Made by a program: the position numbers and the translations under genes | In this document: piece after piece, positions 7,389 through 18,837 of the stretch | Position numbering within the stretch: position 1 is the stretch's first letter | Layout: each line of letters begins with the position of its first letter | Assembly: GCA_036336685.1 (NCBI GenBank) | Contig: JAYZFO010000041.1 | Span: forward strand, 1 to 58,838 | DNA: 58,838 nucleotides | Source of the DNA: Pseudomonadota bacterium | GTDB lineage: Bacteria; Pseudomonadota; Alphaproteobacteria; MPNO01; UBA830 | Reading direction: 5' to 3' | Notes under the pieces: model-generated | Database searches by the model: none | What the model was told of the DNA's origin: nothing | What the model saw: only the letters and a program-made list of their open reading frames with translations

Positions 7389-9653
7389 ATGGCAACAATT
7401 CTCGAAGATTCAAAATTTGATGCCGCCCGTGATCTGAAAACTGTGGGTACAAATCCGATTAAACATGATGGTCTGGATAAAGTTATGGGTCGGGCCAAAT
7501 TTGGTTCGGATTTTTTTCTTCCGGGCATGCTATTTGGGCAAACGCTTCGAAGCCCGCATGCACACGCAATTATAAAATCAATTGATATCAGTGCTGCCGA
7601 GGCACTGCCAGGTGTAAAGGCCGTGGTAACACGGGATGATTTTCCGGACATAGAGCCTGGAAGCGCGGCGGGTGATCTTACTAGAACGGCTATGGCGCGG
7701 GAAAAAGCTTTGTTTGACGGGCACCCGGTCGCGGCAGTAGCGGCGACGAGTGACGCGATTGCAAAGAGAGCGCTTAAATTGATCAAGGTGGATTATGAGG
7801 TGCTCCCGCATGTTATTGATCCGGCAGATGCGATGAAGCCGGATGCGCCTATTTTGCATGACTATATCCGGACAAAGGGACTTGATGAACCAAACGATCA
7901 ACCTACCAATGTCACTGAACGCATGGTCAGTAAGATGGGAGATACAGAAAAAGGCTTTGCTGCCGCTGATTTTATCGTTGAGCGCGAATTCGATTCCAAA
8001 CCTATGCATCAAGGGTATATCGAACCTCAGGGCTGCGTGGCGGAATATTCAGAGGACGGGCAGGTGGAGCTTTGGTGTTGCACTCAAGGACCATATGTCT
8101 ACCGGGACCGCTTGTCGGCAATCTTGAAGATTGATTCGTCCAAGATAAATGTGAGAATGTCCGAGCTTGGCGGTGGCTTTGGCGGTAAAACAGGTTTTTA
8201 TCAGGAACCCCTTGCAATCTTCTTGTCAAAAAAGGCTTCTAAGCCAGTTAAAATGGCTTTGACTCGAAACGAAGTTTTCCGCGGGACTGGACCAGTCTCG
8301 GGAACTAAATCAAAAATAAAAATGGGTATTCGGAAAGACGGTCGTATAACTGCGGCCCAGGCCGAACTGATTTTCCAAACAGGAATATACACGGGCTCAA
8401 TGTATTTCAATGCCCCTAACGCCATGTTTACACGATACGATCTAGAGAATGTGTACATAGAGTCCTTTGAGGTCGTTTCTAATCGTCCAAAAGTAAATGC
8501 TTTTCGAGCACCGTGCGTTCCGCAGATAGTATTTGGCGTGGAGGGCGTGATTGACGAATTGGCAAATAAGATCGATATGGACCCGATTGACATCCGATTG
8601 AAGAATGCAGCGAAGGAGGGTTATACAACCATATATGGTGAAACCTTTGGTCCGATTGGTTTTATTGAAACACTTGAGGCAGCTAAGGCGTCAGAACATT
8701 ATCAGTCTCCCGTTAAAAAGGGCGAAGGCCGCGGTGTTGGCGCGGGTTTTTGGTTTAATCGAGGAGGCGAAACTTCAACCTCGATGAATATAGCACCCGA
8801 TGGCTCTGTTACAGTTATTACGGGAACCGCGGATGTCGCTGGTTCACGAATTTCAATCGCGATGATGGCGGCTGAGGAGCTTGGTATCGATGTAGATAAA
8901 GTGCGGATCAACATGGCAGATACCAATTCTTTGGGCTTTAATCGTGTTACGGCTGGAAGTCGAACTACTTATTCCGTGGGGATGACAGTGGTTGACAATG
9001 CTCGTAAGTGTATTGACGAATTTGTTAAACGTGCCGCCGAGATTTGGGATGTGCCCGAGGATGCCGTAATTTTTGAAAACGGGGAGTGTCGGCCGGCAGG
9101 CGCCAACGTGGGTGATTTTGAGCCGCTTTCCATCTCTGACATTACCACTCAAACGACCATGTCACATGGTGCGGTGACGGCTTCCGCATCGATGAATGTA
9201 ACGGGTGCGGGTCCAGGGTTTGGACTTCATATCGTTGATCTTAAAGTTGATGAAGAGACCGGCCGAACAGATATTACGCGGTATACGGTGGTTGAGGATG
9301 CCGGTAAGGCTATTCATCCTTTGCAGGTTGAAGGTCAGTTTCAAGGTGGAGCTGTGCAGGGTATTGGTTGGGCCTTAAATGAGGAGTACGTGTACGGTGA
9401 GGACGGACGATTACAGAACGCGAGTTTCCTCGATTACCGTATGCCAGTAACTTCCGATGTGCCGATGATCGATACGGTCATAGTGGAAGTGCCAAATCCA
9501 AAACATCCATTCGGACTTCGCGGTGTCGGCGAGGTTCCAGTAGTGCCGACTATGGCCGCTATCGGTAACGCGATTGGTGATGCTATTGGTGTTCGTCCAC
9601 AGTCTCTTCCAATGTCACCCCCGAAGTTACTGGAAATAATTGATAACCGTTAG
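7389..9653 (+). CDS. Xanthine-dehydrogenase/aldehyde-oxidoreductase-family molybdopterin-binding large subunit, 754 aa
   Basis: Family features include [36 protein letters not shown] and the loop [11 protein letters not shown]. It is the third gene of the M-S-L operon. Confidence 0.9.
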   Translation: MATILEDSKFDAARDLKTVGTNPIKHDGLDKVMGRAKFGSDFFLPGMLFGQTLRSPHAHAIIKSIDISAAEALPGVKAVVTRDDFPDIEPGSAAGDLTRTAMAREKALFDGHPVAAVAATSDAIAKRALKLIKVDYEVLPHVIDPADAMKPDAPILHDYIRTKGLDEPNDQPTNVTERMVSKMGDTEKGFAAADFIVEREFDSKPMHQGYIEPQGCVAEYSEDGQVELWCCTQGPYVYRDRLSAILKIDSSKINVRMSELGGGFGGKTGFYQEPLAIFLSKKASKPVKMALTRNEVFRGTGPVSGTKSKIKMGIRKDGRITAAQAELIFQTGIYTGSMYFNAPNAMFTRYDLENVYIESFEVVSNRPKVNAFRAPCVPQIVFGVEGVIDELANKIDMDPIDIRLKNAAKEGYTTIYGETFGPIGFIETLEAAKASEHYQSPVKKGEGRGVGAGFWFNRGGETSTSMNIAPDGSVTVITGTADVAGSRISIAMMAAEELGIDVDKVRINMADTNSLGFNRVTAGSRTTYSVGMTVVDNARKCIDEFVKRAAEIWDVPEDAVIFENGECRPAGANVGDFEPLSISDITTQTTMSHGAVTASASMNVTGAGPGFGLHIVDLKVDEETGRTDITRYTVVEDAGKAIHPLQVEGQFQGGAVQGIGWALNEEYVYGEDGRLQNASFLDYRMPVTSDVPMIDTVIVEVPNPKHPFGLRGVGEVPVVPTMAAIGNAIGDAIGVRPQSLPMSPPKLLEIIDNR

Positions 9654-9706
9654 CAGGGGATATACTTTCCCGTTTAAGAAGCGGGGTCCATAATCTAGGT
9701 ATTTGT

Positions 9707-10072
9707 ATGGAAGAAATGCTACGAGAGTATTTACCGATATTGCTCTTTATCGGGATTGCGACGGGGATGGCAATTGCCGCGGTGGCGGCGTCGTACATTA
9801 TCGCGCGGCAACGCCCGGATCCTGAGAAAATGTCGGCTTATGAGTGCGGCTTTGACGCTTTTGATAATGCGCGCGGACAGTTCGATGTTCGGTTCTACCT
9901 CGTTGCGATACTGTTTATCATTTTTGATTTGGAAATTGCCTTTCTTTTTCCGTGGGCAGTCTCTCTTTCAGAAATTGGTGTATTCGGATTCTGGTCCATG
10001 ATGGCATTTCTTGGCGTTTTAACAGTGGGTTTCGTTTATGAGTGGAAGAAAGGTGCTTTGGAGTGGGAGTAA
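9707..10072 (+). CDS. nuoA: NADH-quinone oxidoreductase subunit A
   Basis: It encodes a 121-aa membrane protein with the motif YECGF. It is the first gene of a nuoA-N array. Confidence 0.93.
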   Translation: MEEMLREYLPILLFIGIATGMAIAAVAASYIIARQRPDPEKMSAYECGFDAFDNARGQFDVRFYLVAILFIIFDLEIAFLFPWAVSLSEIGVFGFWSMMAFLGVLTVGFVYEWKKGALEWE

Positions 10073-10593
10073 GTAGTCCATTAAAGCCCGGCACAGAGCA
10101 GGATTCTGTTTTAACCCAGGTGACAGATGATCTGAGTGATAAGGGTTTTGTTGTTGCAAAAATGGATAAACTAGTATCCTGGGCCCAGTCGGGTTCCCTG
10201 TGGCCAATGACTTTTGGATTAGCGTGTTGCGCAGTAGAAATGATGCATACGGCGGCAAGTCGCTATGATTTAGATAGGTTTGGGGTGGTATTCCGGCCAA
10301 GCCCGCGACAGTCGGATGTTATGATTGTTGCCGGAACTCTAACAAATAAAATGGCCCCGGCTTTGCGGAAAGTATATGACCAAATGGCCGAACCCCGCTG
10401 GGTTATTTCTATGGGCAGTTGTGCGAATGGAGGGGGTTACTACCATTACTCATACTCAGTTGTCCGTGGATGTGACCGGATTGTCCCAGTGGACGTATAT
10501 GTTCCGGGATGTCCCCCAACCGCGGAGGCCCTTTTATACGGTATTTTGCAATTACAGAAAAAAATTCGGCGCACCAGCACAATCGCTCGGTAG
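10063..10593 (+). CDS. nuoB: NADH-quinone oxidoreductase subunit B
   Basis: It has [15 protein letters not shown] and GCPPT (ligands of cluster N2). The start is uncertain: GTG at 10063 (aaagg upstream) or GTG at 10042. Confidence 0.9.
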   Translation: MGVSSPLKPGTEQDSVLTQVTDDLSDKGFVVAKMDKLVSWAQSGSLWPMTFGLACCAVEMMHTAASRYDLDRFGVVFRPSPRQSDVMIVAGTLTNKMAPALRKVYDQMAEPRWVISMGSCANGGGYYHYSYSVVRGCDRIVPVDVYVPGCPPTAEALLYGILQLQKKIRRTSTIAR

Positions 10594-10615
10594 GACTGCG
10601 GAACACTGTTAGACA

Positions 10616-11239
10616 ATGGATGAAACCCTAAATGAACTTGGCGAATATATAGCCAGCAGTGGCGAACACGCTGGCCTATCCTGGTCCATGTCATTTGGTG
10701 AACTCGTAGTTCTAACGTCTCCTGACCAGCTCCCTGACCTTATGAAACGATTACGTGACGATGCGAATTGCCTTTTTAAAGTTCTTGTTGATGTTACAGC
10801 GGCCGACTTTCCCGAGCGAAAAGAACGATTTGAGATTGTATATAATTTGTTGAGTCTTACGCATAATCAACGGATACGGGTGAAAACTAAAATTGATGAA
10901 GAAACACCTGTTCCTTCGATGGTTTCTTTGTTTAGCAGTGCGGGTTGGTTTGAACGGGAAGTTTGGGATATGTTCGGAGTCTTATTCTCAGATCATCCCG
11001 ATCTTCGGCGCATGTTGACGGACTATGGGTTTAAAGGGCATCCCCTCCGCAAGGATTTTCCGCTCACCGGTTACGTTGAAGTTCGTTACGATGAGGAACA
11101 GAAACGCGTGGTTTATGAGCCGGTCTCACTAACCCAGGATTTCCGTAATTTTGATTTCATGAGCCCGTGGGAAGGGGTTGATTATATCCTTCCCGGAGAC
11201 GAAAAAGTTGAGGGTGGGCCGTCCGAGGATACGGGTTGA
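10616..11239 (+). CDS. nuoC: NADH-quinone oxidoreductase subunit C
   Basis: It has [11 protein letters not shown] and [19 protein letters not shown], and it is separate from nuoD. Confidence 0.93.
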   Translation: MDETLNELGEYIASSGEHAGLSWSMSFGELVVLTSPDQLPDLMKRLRDDANCLFKVLVDVTAADFPERKERFEIVYNLLSLTHNQRIRVKTKIDEETPVPSMVSLFSSAGWFEREVWDMFGVLFSDHPDLRRMLTDYGFKGHPLRKDFPLTGYVEVRYDEEQKRVVYEPVSLTQDFRNFDFMSPWEGVDYILPGDEKVEGGPSEDTG

Positions 11240-12417
11240 TGGCAGATTCGCAAATAAAAAACCTAACGATGAACTTTGGCCCGCAGCACCCGGCAGCGCA
11301 CGGCGTTTTGAGGCTTGTTGTTGAGATGGATGGTGAGATTGTTGAAAGGTGTGATCCCCATATTGGATTGTTGCATCGTGGAACTGAAAAACTTATCGAA
11401 CATAAGACCTATTTGCAGGCGATTCCATATTTTGATCGCTTGGACTACGTGTCACCCATGTGTCAGGAACATGCCTTTGCCTTGGCTGTTGAAAAACTAG
11501 CGGGCATTGCCGTTCCAATTAGAGGTCAATTCGTTCGTGTGCTATTTTGTGAAATCACACGGATACTAAATCACATATTAAACATCAGTGCGTTTGCTCT
11601 TGATGTTGGCGCGATGACGCCCCTTTTATGGGGTTTTGAAGAACGTGAAAGATTGATGGAGTTCTACGAACGAGTTTCGGGAGCGAGGTTGCATGCGGCG
11701 TATTTTAGACCGGGTGGTGTGCATCGGGACCTCCCTGAGGGTTTACTCGAAGATATCTCAGAATTCTGTGAGTCTTTTCCGGAGGTAATTGGTGATATTG
11801 AGGGACTTCTAACCGAAAATAGAATTTTCCGGCAACGCACAGTGGATGTGGGGATCGTTACGAAGGAAGATGCACTCGATTGGGGTTTTTCTGGCCCAAT
11901 GCTGCGTGGAAGTGGGGTCCCGTGGGACCTCAGGAAATCTCAGCCCTACGATGTGTATAATCGGGTTGAGTTTGAAATACCGGTTGGAAAAAATGGAGAT
12001 TGCTTTGATCGCTACCTAGTCCGGGTAGAGGAAATGCGACAAAGTCTTAGGATTATTAGACAGTGTATTGATCAGATGCCCGGGGGTCCGGTGAGGACAC
12101 AAGATCATAAGATCTCTCCACCTCTCCGAAGCGAGATGAAACAATCAATGGAAGCCTTGATCCATCACTTCAAACTTTATACAGAAGGGTACCATGTTCC
12201 CGCTGGCGAAACATACACCGCCGTCGAAGCACCAAAAGGTGAATTTGGTGTTTATGTTATAGCAGATGGCAGTAATAAGCCGTACCGCTGTAAAATTAGA
12301 GCGCCTGGTTTTGCATTTCTTCAAGCGACCGAATTTCTATCCAAGGGGCATATGTTAGCGGATATGGTAGCCATAGTTGGGTCAATGGATATCGTGTTTG
12401 GGGAGATTGACCGGTGA
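11239..12417 (+). CDS. nuoD: NADH-quinone oxidoreductase subunit D
   Basis: It has [15 protein letters not shown]. The ATG overlaps the nuoC stop (TGATG). Confidence 0.94.
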   Translation: MADSQIKNLTMNFGPQHPAAHGVLRLVVEMDGEIVERCDPHIGLLHRGTEKLIEHKTYLQAIPYFDRLDYVSPMCQEHAFALAVEKLAGIAVPIRGQFVRVLFCEITRILNHILNISAFALDVGAMTPLLWGFEERERLMEFYERVSGARLHAAYFRPGGVHRDLPEGLLEDISEFCESFPEVIGDIEGLLTENRIFRQRTVDVGIVTKEDALDWGFSGPMLRGSGVPWDLRKSQPYDVYNRVEFEIPVGKNGDCFDRYLVRVEEMRQSLRIIRQCIDQMPGGPVRTQDHKISPPLRSEMKQSMEALIHHFKLYTEGYHVPAGETYTAVEAPKGEFGVYVIADGSNKPYRCKIRAPGFAFLQATEFLSKGHMLADMVAIVGSMDIVFGEIDR

Positions 12418-13022
12418 GCGATTCATTCGAGTCTTTTGAATTTACTGCTAGTTCCAAAGTGGTGGTAGAACAGCATATACGTAAGTACCCCGCAGAACGA
12501 AAAGCAAGTGCTGTTTTGCCACTCCTAGATATCGCCCAACGACAGTGTGGCGGATGGTTGCCCCGATCTGCAATGGATCATGTGGCTGACGTACTCGAAA
12601 TGGCGCCAATCAGAGTCTACGAAGTCGTTTCCTTTTACGAAATGTTTCACGATAGCCCTCGCGGTAAGCACGAATTGCGGGTGTGTACTACTACTCCGTG
12701 TTGGCTTCGAGGTAGTGCTGTGATTTTACAAGCATGCGAAGAGGAACTCCACTGCGAGGTCGGTAACACGACAAAAGATGGTTTGTTTTCACTCAGCGAA
12801 TTTGAGTGTTTGGGAGCGTGCGTTAACGCACCGATTATTTGGGTGGATGATGATTATTATGAAGATGTAGACGCGGAGGGAGTGCGTAAAATCATCCAAG
12901 CCTTTCGTGAGGGCAAGCCCCCCACGGCAGGCAGTATTTCTACCGAACGGCAAAAGTCTGGCCCTGCTGGAGGATTGACCGCCCTGACAGGGGTAGGGAT
13001 TAAAGATAATGTTAAGCGATAA
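12414..13022 (+). CDS. nuoE: NADH-quinone oxidoreductase subunit E
   Basis: It has 2Fe-2S cysteines in VCTTTPC and CLGACVNAP. The start is a GTGA overlap with nuoD. Confidence 0.92.
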   Translation: MSDSFESFEFTASSKVVVEQHIRKYPAERKASAVLPLLDIAQRQCGGWLPRSAMDHVADVLEMAPIRVYEVVSFYEMFHDSPRGKHELRVCTTTPCWLRGSAVILQACEEELHCEVGNTTKDGLFSLSEFECLGACVNAPIIWVDDDYYEDVDAEGVRKIIQAFREGKPPTAGSISTERQKSGPAGGLTALTGVGIKDNVKR

Positions 13023-14289
13023 GGACCGTATTTTTACTAATCTCTATGGGGTCCATGAATGGAACCTCGAGGCCGCCAAGCAAAGAGGCGACTGGGATGG
13101 TACGCGCGAAATTCTCTCTAAGGGACGCGATTGGATCGTTGAAGAAATAAAAAACTCGGGCCTTCGTGGGCGAGGAGGAGCTGGCTTTCCGGCAGGCCTA
13201 AAGTGGTCATTTATGCCAAAAGAGAATATTGGGCGACCTGCCTATCTTGTCGTTAACGCTGATGAATCAGAGCCCGGGACTTGTAAGGACCGGGACATAT
13301 TGCGGCACGATCCGCACAAGCTTATAGAGGGTTGTCTTGTCGCAGGCTTCGCTATGGGCGCTGCGGCAGCTTATATCTACGTCAGGGGTGAATTTTATAA
13401 TGAGAGCTCTATCCTGGATGCTGCTGTTAGGGAAGCCTACGAGGCTGGGCTAATTGGAAACGATGCATGTGGTTCCGGATATGACTTTGATATTTATGTT
13501 CATCGTGGTGCGGGCGCATATATTTGCGGAGAGGAAACCGCACTCCTAGAAAGTTTGGAAGGCAAAAAGGGGCAACCGCGTATCAAGCCACCTTTTCCAG
13601 CAAATACAGGACTTTACGGGTCTCCAACGACTATTAACAATGTTGAAACAATAGCCGTTTCGCCAACAATATGTCGACGAGGTGCGGATTGGTTCGCGGG
13701 GTTTGGTAGAGAAAATAATACTGGGACAAAGGTTTTTTGTATTTCTGGACACGTAAATAATCCGTGTAACGTGGAAGAAGAGATGAGTGTTCCCCTGAGG
13801 GAGCTCATAGAACGGCACGCGGGCGGTGTCCGGGGAGGATGGGGTAATTTAAAGGCGGTCATCCCGGGAGGCTCATCCGTTCCGCTTATACCTAAAAGCA
13901 TATGTGATACAGTGCTAATGGATTTTGATGCTCTACGTGATGTGAAGTCGGGTCTCGGAACCGCAGCTGTCATCGTTATGGATCAGTCCACTGATATAAT
14001 TGCCGCCATAGCACGCCTCTCCAAATTTTATAAGCATGAAAGCTGTGGTCAGTGTACACCATGTCGCGAAGGGACAGGCTGGATGTGGCGCGTGATGGAA
14101 CGGCTCGTTAAAGGAGAGGCAGAGGTTGAAGAAATAGATCTTTTGTTAGACGTGTCATACGAAATTGAAGGACATACAATCTGTGCGCTAGGTGATGCAG
14201 CGGCTTGGCCAATACAAGGTCTTATGCGCCACTTTCGAGAGGAAGTCGAAGACCGTATTTCAATACACCACTCAAAGACTGGGGCTTAG
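13009..14289 (+). CDS. nuoF: NADH-quinone oxidoreductase subunit F
   Basis: It has [11 protein letters not shown] (the FMN/NADH site) and [12 protein letters not shown] (the 4Fe-4S site). Confidence 0.95.
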   Translation: MLSDKDRIFTNLYGVHEWNLEAAKQRGDWDGTREILSKGRDWIVEEIKNSGLRGRGGAGFPAGLKWSFMPKENIGRPAYLVVNADESEPGTCKDRDILRHDPHKLIEGCLVAGFAMGAAAAYIYVRGEFYNESSILDAAVREAYEAGLIGNDACGSGYDFDIYVHRGAGAYICGEETALLESLEGKKGQPRIKPPFPANTGLYGSPTTINNVETIAVSPTICRRGADWFAGFGRENNTGTKVFCISGHVNNPCNVEEEMSVPLRELIERHAGGVRGGWGNLKAVIPGGSSVPLIPKSICDTVLMDFDALRDVKSGLGTAAVIVMDQSTDIIAAIARLSKFYKHESCGQCTPCREGTGWMWRVMERLVKGEAEVEEIDLLLDVSYEIEGHTICALGDAAAWPIQGLMRHFREEVEDRISIHHSKTGA

Positions 14290-14304
14290 GGGGTGGCGTC
14301 AAAC

Positions 14305-16368
14305 ATGGTGAAACTCACAATAGATGGTACAGAAATTGAGGTTGAAGATGGTCTAACCGTTCTACAGGCATGTGAGGAAGCCGGCATCGAAATTCCAAGG
14401 TTTTGTTATCACGAAAGATTATCAATCGCGGGAAACTGTCGGATGTGTCTGGTTGAAATGGAGAGAGCTCCTAAACCGATAGCATCGTGCGCGATGCCGG
14501 TTGGTGATGGCATGGTCATTCGGACGAATACGGAGTCTGTTAAAAAGGCCCGAAATGGTGTCATGGAATTTCTTCTGATAAACCATCCCCTCGACTGTCC
14601 CATTTGCGACCAGGGCGGTGAATGTGACCTTCAAGACCAAGCGATGGCATATGGCTATGATCGTTCGCGGTTTCAAGAAAACAAACGAGCAGTCACTGAT
14701 AAGTATTTGGGACCATTGATAGAAACCCACATGACACGCTGTATTCACTGCACGCGGTGCATCCGATTTTCGACTGAGGTTGCCGGTGTTGAAGTCCTTG
14801 GCGCGACTGGTAGGGGCGAGACTATGGAGGTGGGAACCTATGTAGAAAAAGCGATTACCTCCGAGTTGTCTGCAAATATTGTTGATTTGTGTCCTGTCGG
14901 GGCCCTAACGTCCAAACCTTATGCCTTTGAAGCGCGACCTTGGGAGTTGAGTAAAACAGAATCTGTTGATGTGATGGACGCTGTTGGAAGCAATATTCGT
15001 ATCGACACTCGCGGCAGGGAGGTTTTGAGAATTCTCCCCCTACTCAATGAAGATATTAACGAAGAGTGGATCTCGGATAAAACACGATATGCTTTTGATG
15101 GGTTGAGCAAGCAAAGGTTGGATCAACCCTATATAAAAATTAATGGAAAGTTACGGCCAGCCACCTGGGAGGAAGCCTTTGAGGCTATTTCGGAAAAGGT
15201 GTTGAAGACCGAAAACACTAGAATTGCTGGTCTTGTTGGCGACCTTTGTGATGCTGAATCGATGACAGCGTTTAAAGATTTAATGTCGATCCTGGGTTGT
15301 AAAAACATAGATTGCCGACAGGACGGGAGCAAATTAGATCCAACAGCCCGGTCTGGATATATTTTTAACACGACAATTTCCGGTATAGAAAGATCCGATG
15401 CTTGTTTAATTGTAGGGGCTAATCCACGGACCGAGGCCCCCATAATTAATGCCCGTCTGAGGAAAAGATCGCAGGTCGACGGCTATAATATTGGTTTGAT
15501 CGGAGAAAACGTAGATCTCACTTATGCCTACGATCACCTTGGTGTGGATCCAAATGTTTTGTTGGAGATCCAGGCTGGTAACAGTCCTATCACCAGTATC
15601 TTGAATAAGGCTGAACGACCGATGATTATTCTTGGGCAGGGTGCGCTATGTCGCGATGACGGTTCCGTTATACTCTCCACTGTGCGTTCAATTGCGGAAG
15701 CAACCGGTACGGTTTCCACAGACTGGAATGGTTTTAATGTTTTACACACAGCGGCTGCTCGTGTTGGAGGGCTTGATCTCGGATTAGTTCCCAGTGACGG
15801 AGGCTTAAATGCAGATGGTATTATAGCCGGGATTGAAACCGGTGATATTGAATTTTTATATCTGCTGGGCGCTGATGAGATAACCCTGGAAAGCCTTGAA
15901 GAAACATTTGTCGTATATCAGGGGCATCATGGTGATGTGGGGGCGCATGTTGCCGATGTGGTATTACCCGGCGCCGCTTATACCGAAAAAGAAGGCACCT
16001 ATGTTAATACAGAAGGTCGGGTTCAACGGGGACGCCGCGCATCATTCCCACCGGGAAAGGCAAAAGACGACTGGGCTATCATTCGAGCGCTATCAGACGT
16101 TTTGGGCAAACCCTTAGGCTACAATGATCTTGGTGGTGTTCGAAAGCGCATGGAAGAAATTAACACCGTGTTTAAATCTATTGATGATGTAGAGGTTGCA
16201 AATTGGGAAGAGTTCGGGTCTTCCGGAAAGATCAATACCACTCCCTTCACTAACCGTGTAACAAACTTTTATATGACGAATGCCATAAGTAGAGCATCGA
16301 AAACGATGGCGTCTTGTACGCATGAATTTTTAGCTTCGACGCCGGAGAAAATGAGAAGCGATGGCTGA
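14305..16368 (+). CDS. nuoG: NADH-quinone oxidoreductase subunit G
   Basis: It has [29 protein letters not shown] and CIHCTRC. I prefer the ATG at 14305 (GGGGGTGG upstream) over the GTG at 14293. Confidence 0.94.
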   Translation: MVKLTIDGTEIEVEDGLTVLQACEEAGIEIPRFCYHERLSIAGNCRMCLVEMERAPKPIASCAMPVGDGMVIRTNTESVKKARNGVMEFLLINHPLDCPICDQGGECDLQDQAMAYGYDRSRFQENKRAVTDKYLGPLIETHMTRCIHCTRCIRFSTEVAGVEVLGATGRGETMEVGTYVEKAITSELSANIVDLCPVGALTSKPYAFEARPWELSKTESVDVMDAVGSNIRIDTRGREVLRILPLLNEDINEEWISDKTRYAFDGLSKQRLDQPYIKINGKLRPATWEEAFEAISEKVLKTENTRIAGLVGDLCDAESMTAFKDLMSILGCKNIDCRQDGSKLDPTARSGYIFNTTISGIERSDACLIVGANPRTEAPIINARLRKRSQVDGYNIGLIGENVDLTYAYDHLGVDPNVLLEIQAGNSPITSILNKAERPMIILGQGALCRDDGSVILSTVRSIAEATGTVSTDWNGFNVLHTAAARVGGLDLGLVPSDGGLNADGIIAGIETGDIEFLYLLGADEITLESLEETFVVYQGHHGDVGAHVADVVLPGAAYTEKEGTYVNTEGRVQRGRRASFPPGKAKDDWAIIRALSDVLGKPLGYNDLGGVRKRMEEINTVFKSIDDVEVANWEEFGSSGKINTTPFTNRVTNFYMTNAISRASKTMASCTHEFLASTPEKMRSDG

Positions 16369-17392
16369 GCTCTGGAATGTGTACCTTTGGCCCGGTATAA
16401 TCATTTTCGGGCAAATTTTGCTTATAGTGTTGCCTGTCACTGGTGCCGTTGCATACCTAACATTCGCTGAACGTAAGGTTATTGCAGCCATGCAGTTGCG
16501 GAAGGGCCCGAATGTCGTGGGTCCGTTCGGTTTATTGCAGCCGCTTGCAGATGGTTTGAAATTACTTGTTAAAGAAACGGTAATACCTTCTGGTGCAAAT
16601 CGGGTCGTTTTTATTTTGGCACCAATGTTGACCTTTATCCTGGCGCTCATTGCGTGGGCGGTTATACCCTTTGATGCTGGTTGGGTTCTTGCAGATATTA
16701 ACGTTGGCATCCTCTACCTTTTCGCAATTTCTTCGCTCGGGGTGTATGGGATTATTATGGCCGGTTGGGCAAGCAACTCGAAGTATGCCTTTCTAGGTGC
16801 ACTCCGTTCAGCCGCGCAAATGGTTTCGTATGAGGTGGCAATAGGCTTTGTAATCATTACGGTCCTGCTATGCGTCGGTTCGTTAAACCTGACTGACATT
16901 GTAATGGCCCAGCAAGGTGATGGTTTTTGGAATTGGTATTGGCTCCCGCTACTGCCTATGTTCGTAATCTTCTTTGTCTCTACATTAGCTGAGACAAATC
17001 GACATCCTTTTGATCTACCAGAGGCCGAAGCCGAACTCGTCTCTGGTTATAATGTTGAATATTCATCTATGACGTTTGCTTTATTCTTTTTAGGGGAATA
17101 CGCCAATATGATCCTAATGAGCGGCCTGACGGTGGTGTTGTTTCTCGGCGGTTGGCTACCGCCATTTGACATAGAGCCTTTCAATTGGATACCTGGTGTA
17201 ATTTGGTTTGGTGCTAAAATTGCAGTGTGCCTTTTTGTGTTTCTTTGGGTGCGTGCCACATTTCCCCGATATCGGTATGATCAACTTATGCGTCTTGGTT
17301 GGAAGGTGTTTTTGCCATTTTCATTGGTGTGGCTTGCCGTTACCGCGGGCGCGTTGATCACGTTTGGCTGGCTCCCTAATACGGCTTCATGA
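16361..17392 (+). CDS. nuoH: NADH-quinone oxidoreductase subunit H
   Basis: It is a polytopic membrane protein with [15 protein letters not shown] and [12 protein letters not shown]. Confidence 0.94.
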   Translation: MAELWNVYLWPGIIIFGQILLIVLPVTGAVAYLTFAERKVIAAMQLRKGPNVVGPFGLLQPLADGLKLLVKETVIPSGANRVVFILAPMLTFILALIAWAVIPFDAGWVLADINVGILYLFAISSLGVYGIIMAGWASNSKYAFLGALRSAAQMVSYEVAIGFVIITVLLCVGSLNLTDIVMAQQGDGFWNWYWLPLLPMFVIFFVSTLAETNRHPFDLPEAEAELVSGYNVEYSSMTFALFFLGEYANMILMSGLTVVLFLGGWLPPFDIEPFNWIPGVIWFGAKIAVCLFVFLWVRATFPRYRYDQLMRLGWKVFLPFSLVWLAVTAGALITFGWLPNTAS

Positions 17393-17892
17393 ATGAGGGT
17401 GTGATGTCTTTTTTTCGAAATACGACCAAAGCGCTGCTTCTATCGGAGCTTGTTTCTGGAATGGCACTTACCCTGAAATATCTATTTAAACCCAGCGTGA
17501 CACTGAACTATCCGTTCGAAAAAGGTCCTTTGAGTCCGCGCTTTAGGGGTGAGCACGCTCTCCGGCGGTATCCAAATGGAGAAGAGCGCTGTATTGCTTG
17601 TAAGTTATGTGAAGCAATTTGCCCAGCTCAAGCCATAACGATTGAAGCGGAGCCTCGGTCTGACGGAAGCCGCCGGACAACCCGTTACGATATCGACATG
17701 ACGAAATGTATTTACTGTGGATTTTGCGAAGAAGCTTGTCCGGTCGACGCGATTGTCGAGGGACCAAACTTTGAGTTTGCAACAGAAACGCGGGAGGAGT
17801 TGATGTACAACAAAGAAAAACTTCTCGAAAACGGGGATAGGTGGGAAGGACACCTTGCCCGGCGTTTGTCCGCGGATGCCCCATATAGGTGA
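17389..17892 (+). CDS. nuoI: NADH-quinone oxidoreductase subunit I
   Basis: It has two ferredoxin motifs, [12 protein letters not shown] and [12 protein letters not shown]. The start is an ATGA overlap with nuoH. An alternative ATG lies at 17404. Confidence 0.93.
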   Translation: MNEGVMSFFRNTTKALLLSELVSGMALTLKYLFKPSVTLNYPFEKGPLSPRFRGEHALRRYPNGEERCIACKLCEAICPAQAITIEAEPRSDGSRRTTRYDIDMTKCIYCGFCEEACPVDAIVEGPNFEFATETREELMYNKEKLLENGDRWEGHLARRLSADAPYR

Positions 17893-17902
17893 GACACGCA
17901 GG

Positions 17903-18517
17903 ATGATCCTTCAGGCAATTTCCTTCTACGCTTTTGCGGCAATTACTATAGCAGCAGGAGTAATGGTCATTTCGGCTCGTAACCCTGTTCATTCGGTGTT
18001 GTTTCTTATTTTGGCATTCTTTAATGCGGCGGGTTTGTTTGTCCTGCTGGGAGCCGAGTTTATCGCGATGATTCTAGTGATTGTATACGTTGGTGCCGTC
18101 GCGGTCCTTTTTCTTTTTGTGGTAATGATGTTGGACATTAATTTTGTGGAGTTACGGCAAGGGTTTCTTCAATATTTACCTATAGGTGCGCTAATAGGGT
18201 TGGTTTTGCTTGTCGAGTTAGTATTTATTTTGGGTAGCTGGGTGATTGCAGCTGATCCGGCATCACGAATTGCTCTGCCAACGCCCGCGATTACTGATAC
18301 CACCAATACTCACGCCATAGGGCAAGTATTGTACACGGACTATATATATCTGTTTCAAGTTGCAGGTTTAGTACTTTTGGTTGCAATGATAGGAGCCATC
18401 GTCTTAACCCTGCGATCCCGTGAGGGGGTGAAACGACAACGTATTTCGACCCAGGTATCCCGGACGCGCGAAGAATCAATAGAAATCCGTGACATAAAAA
18501 CGGGCAGCGGGGTCTAA
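17903..18517 (+). CDS. nuoJ: NADH-quinone oxidoreductase subunit J
   Basis: It is a hydrophobic 204-aa protein. The ATG at 17903 follows the nuoI stop. The ORF-track start at 17855 would overlap nuoI by 38 nt. Confidence 0.9.
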   Translation: MILQAISFYAFAAITIAAGVMVISARNPVHSVLFLILAFFNAAGLFVLLGAEFIAMILVIVYVGAVAVLFLFVVMMLDINFVELRQGFLQYLPIGALIGLVLLVELVFILGSWVIAADPASRIALPTPAITDTTNTHAIGQVLYTDYIYLFQVAGLVLLVAMIGAIVLTLRSREGVKRQRISTQVSRTREESIEIRDIKTGSGV

Positions 18518-18520
18518 CGT

Positions 18521-18832
18521 ATGATCGAAATAGGGCTGTCGCATTACCTTACCGTTGCCGCAATTCTTTTTACTCTTGGTGTGTTTGGCATTTTTCTGAA
18601 CCGCAAGAACGTAATTATAATTTTAATGTCCATCGAACTCATCTTGTTGTCTGTTAATATTAATCTTGTTGCATTTTCGGTACATCTGAATGACCTTGTT
18701 GGTCAGATTTTTGCACTTCTTGTGCTCGCTATTGCGGCAGCTGAGGCGGCGATTGGCCTCGCTGTTATCGTCGTTTATTTCCGAAACCGGGGATCAATCG
18801 CGGTCGAAGATATCAACCTGATGAAGGGCTAA
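18521..18832 (+). CDS. nuoK: NADH-quinone oxidoreductase subunit K
   Basis: It encodes a 103-aa protein with three transmembrane helices, and its position in the array fits nuoK. Confidence 0.92.
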   Translation: MIEIGLSHYLTVAAILFTLGVFGIFLNRKNVIIILMSIELILLSVNINLVAFSVHLNDLVGQIFALLVLAIAAAEAAIGLAVIVVYFRNRGSIAVEDINLMKG

Positions 18833-18837
18833 GACAA

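Noticed and set aside
2067-9653. I considered calling the M/S/L genes and the orphan L gene aerobic carbon monoxide dehydrogenase (coxMSL).
   Set aside because: The form I active-site loop (AYxCSFR) is absent from both large subunits, and no coxDEFG-type accessory genes are present. I kept them as generic XDH-family Mo enzymes.
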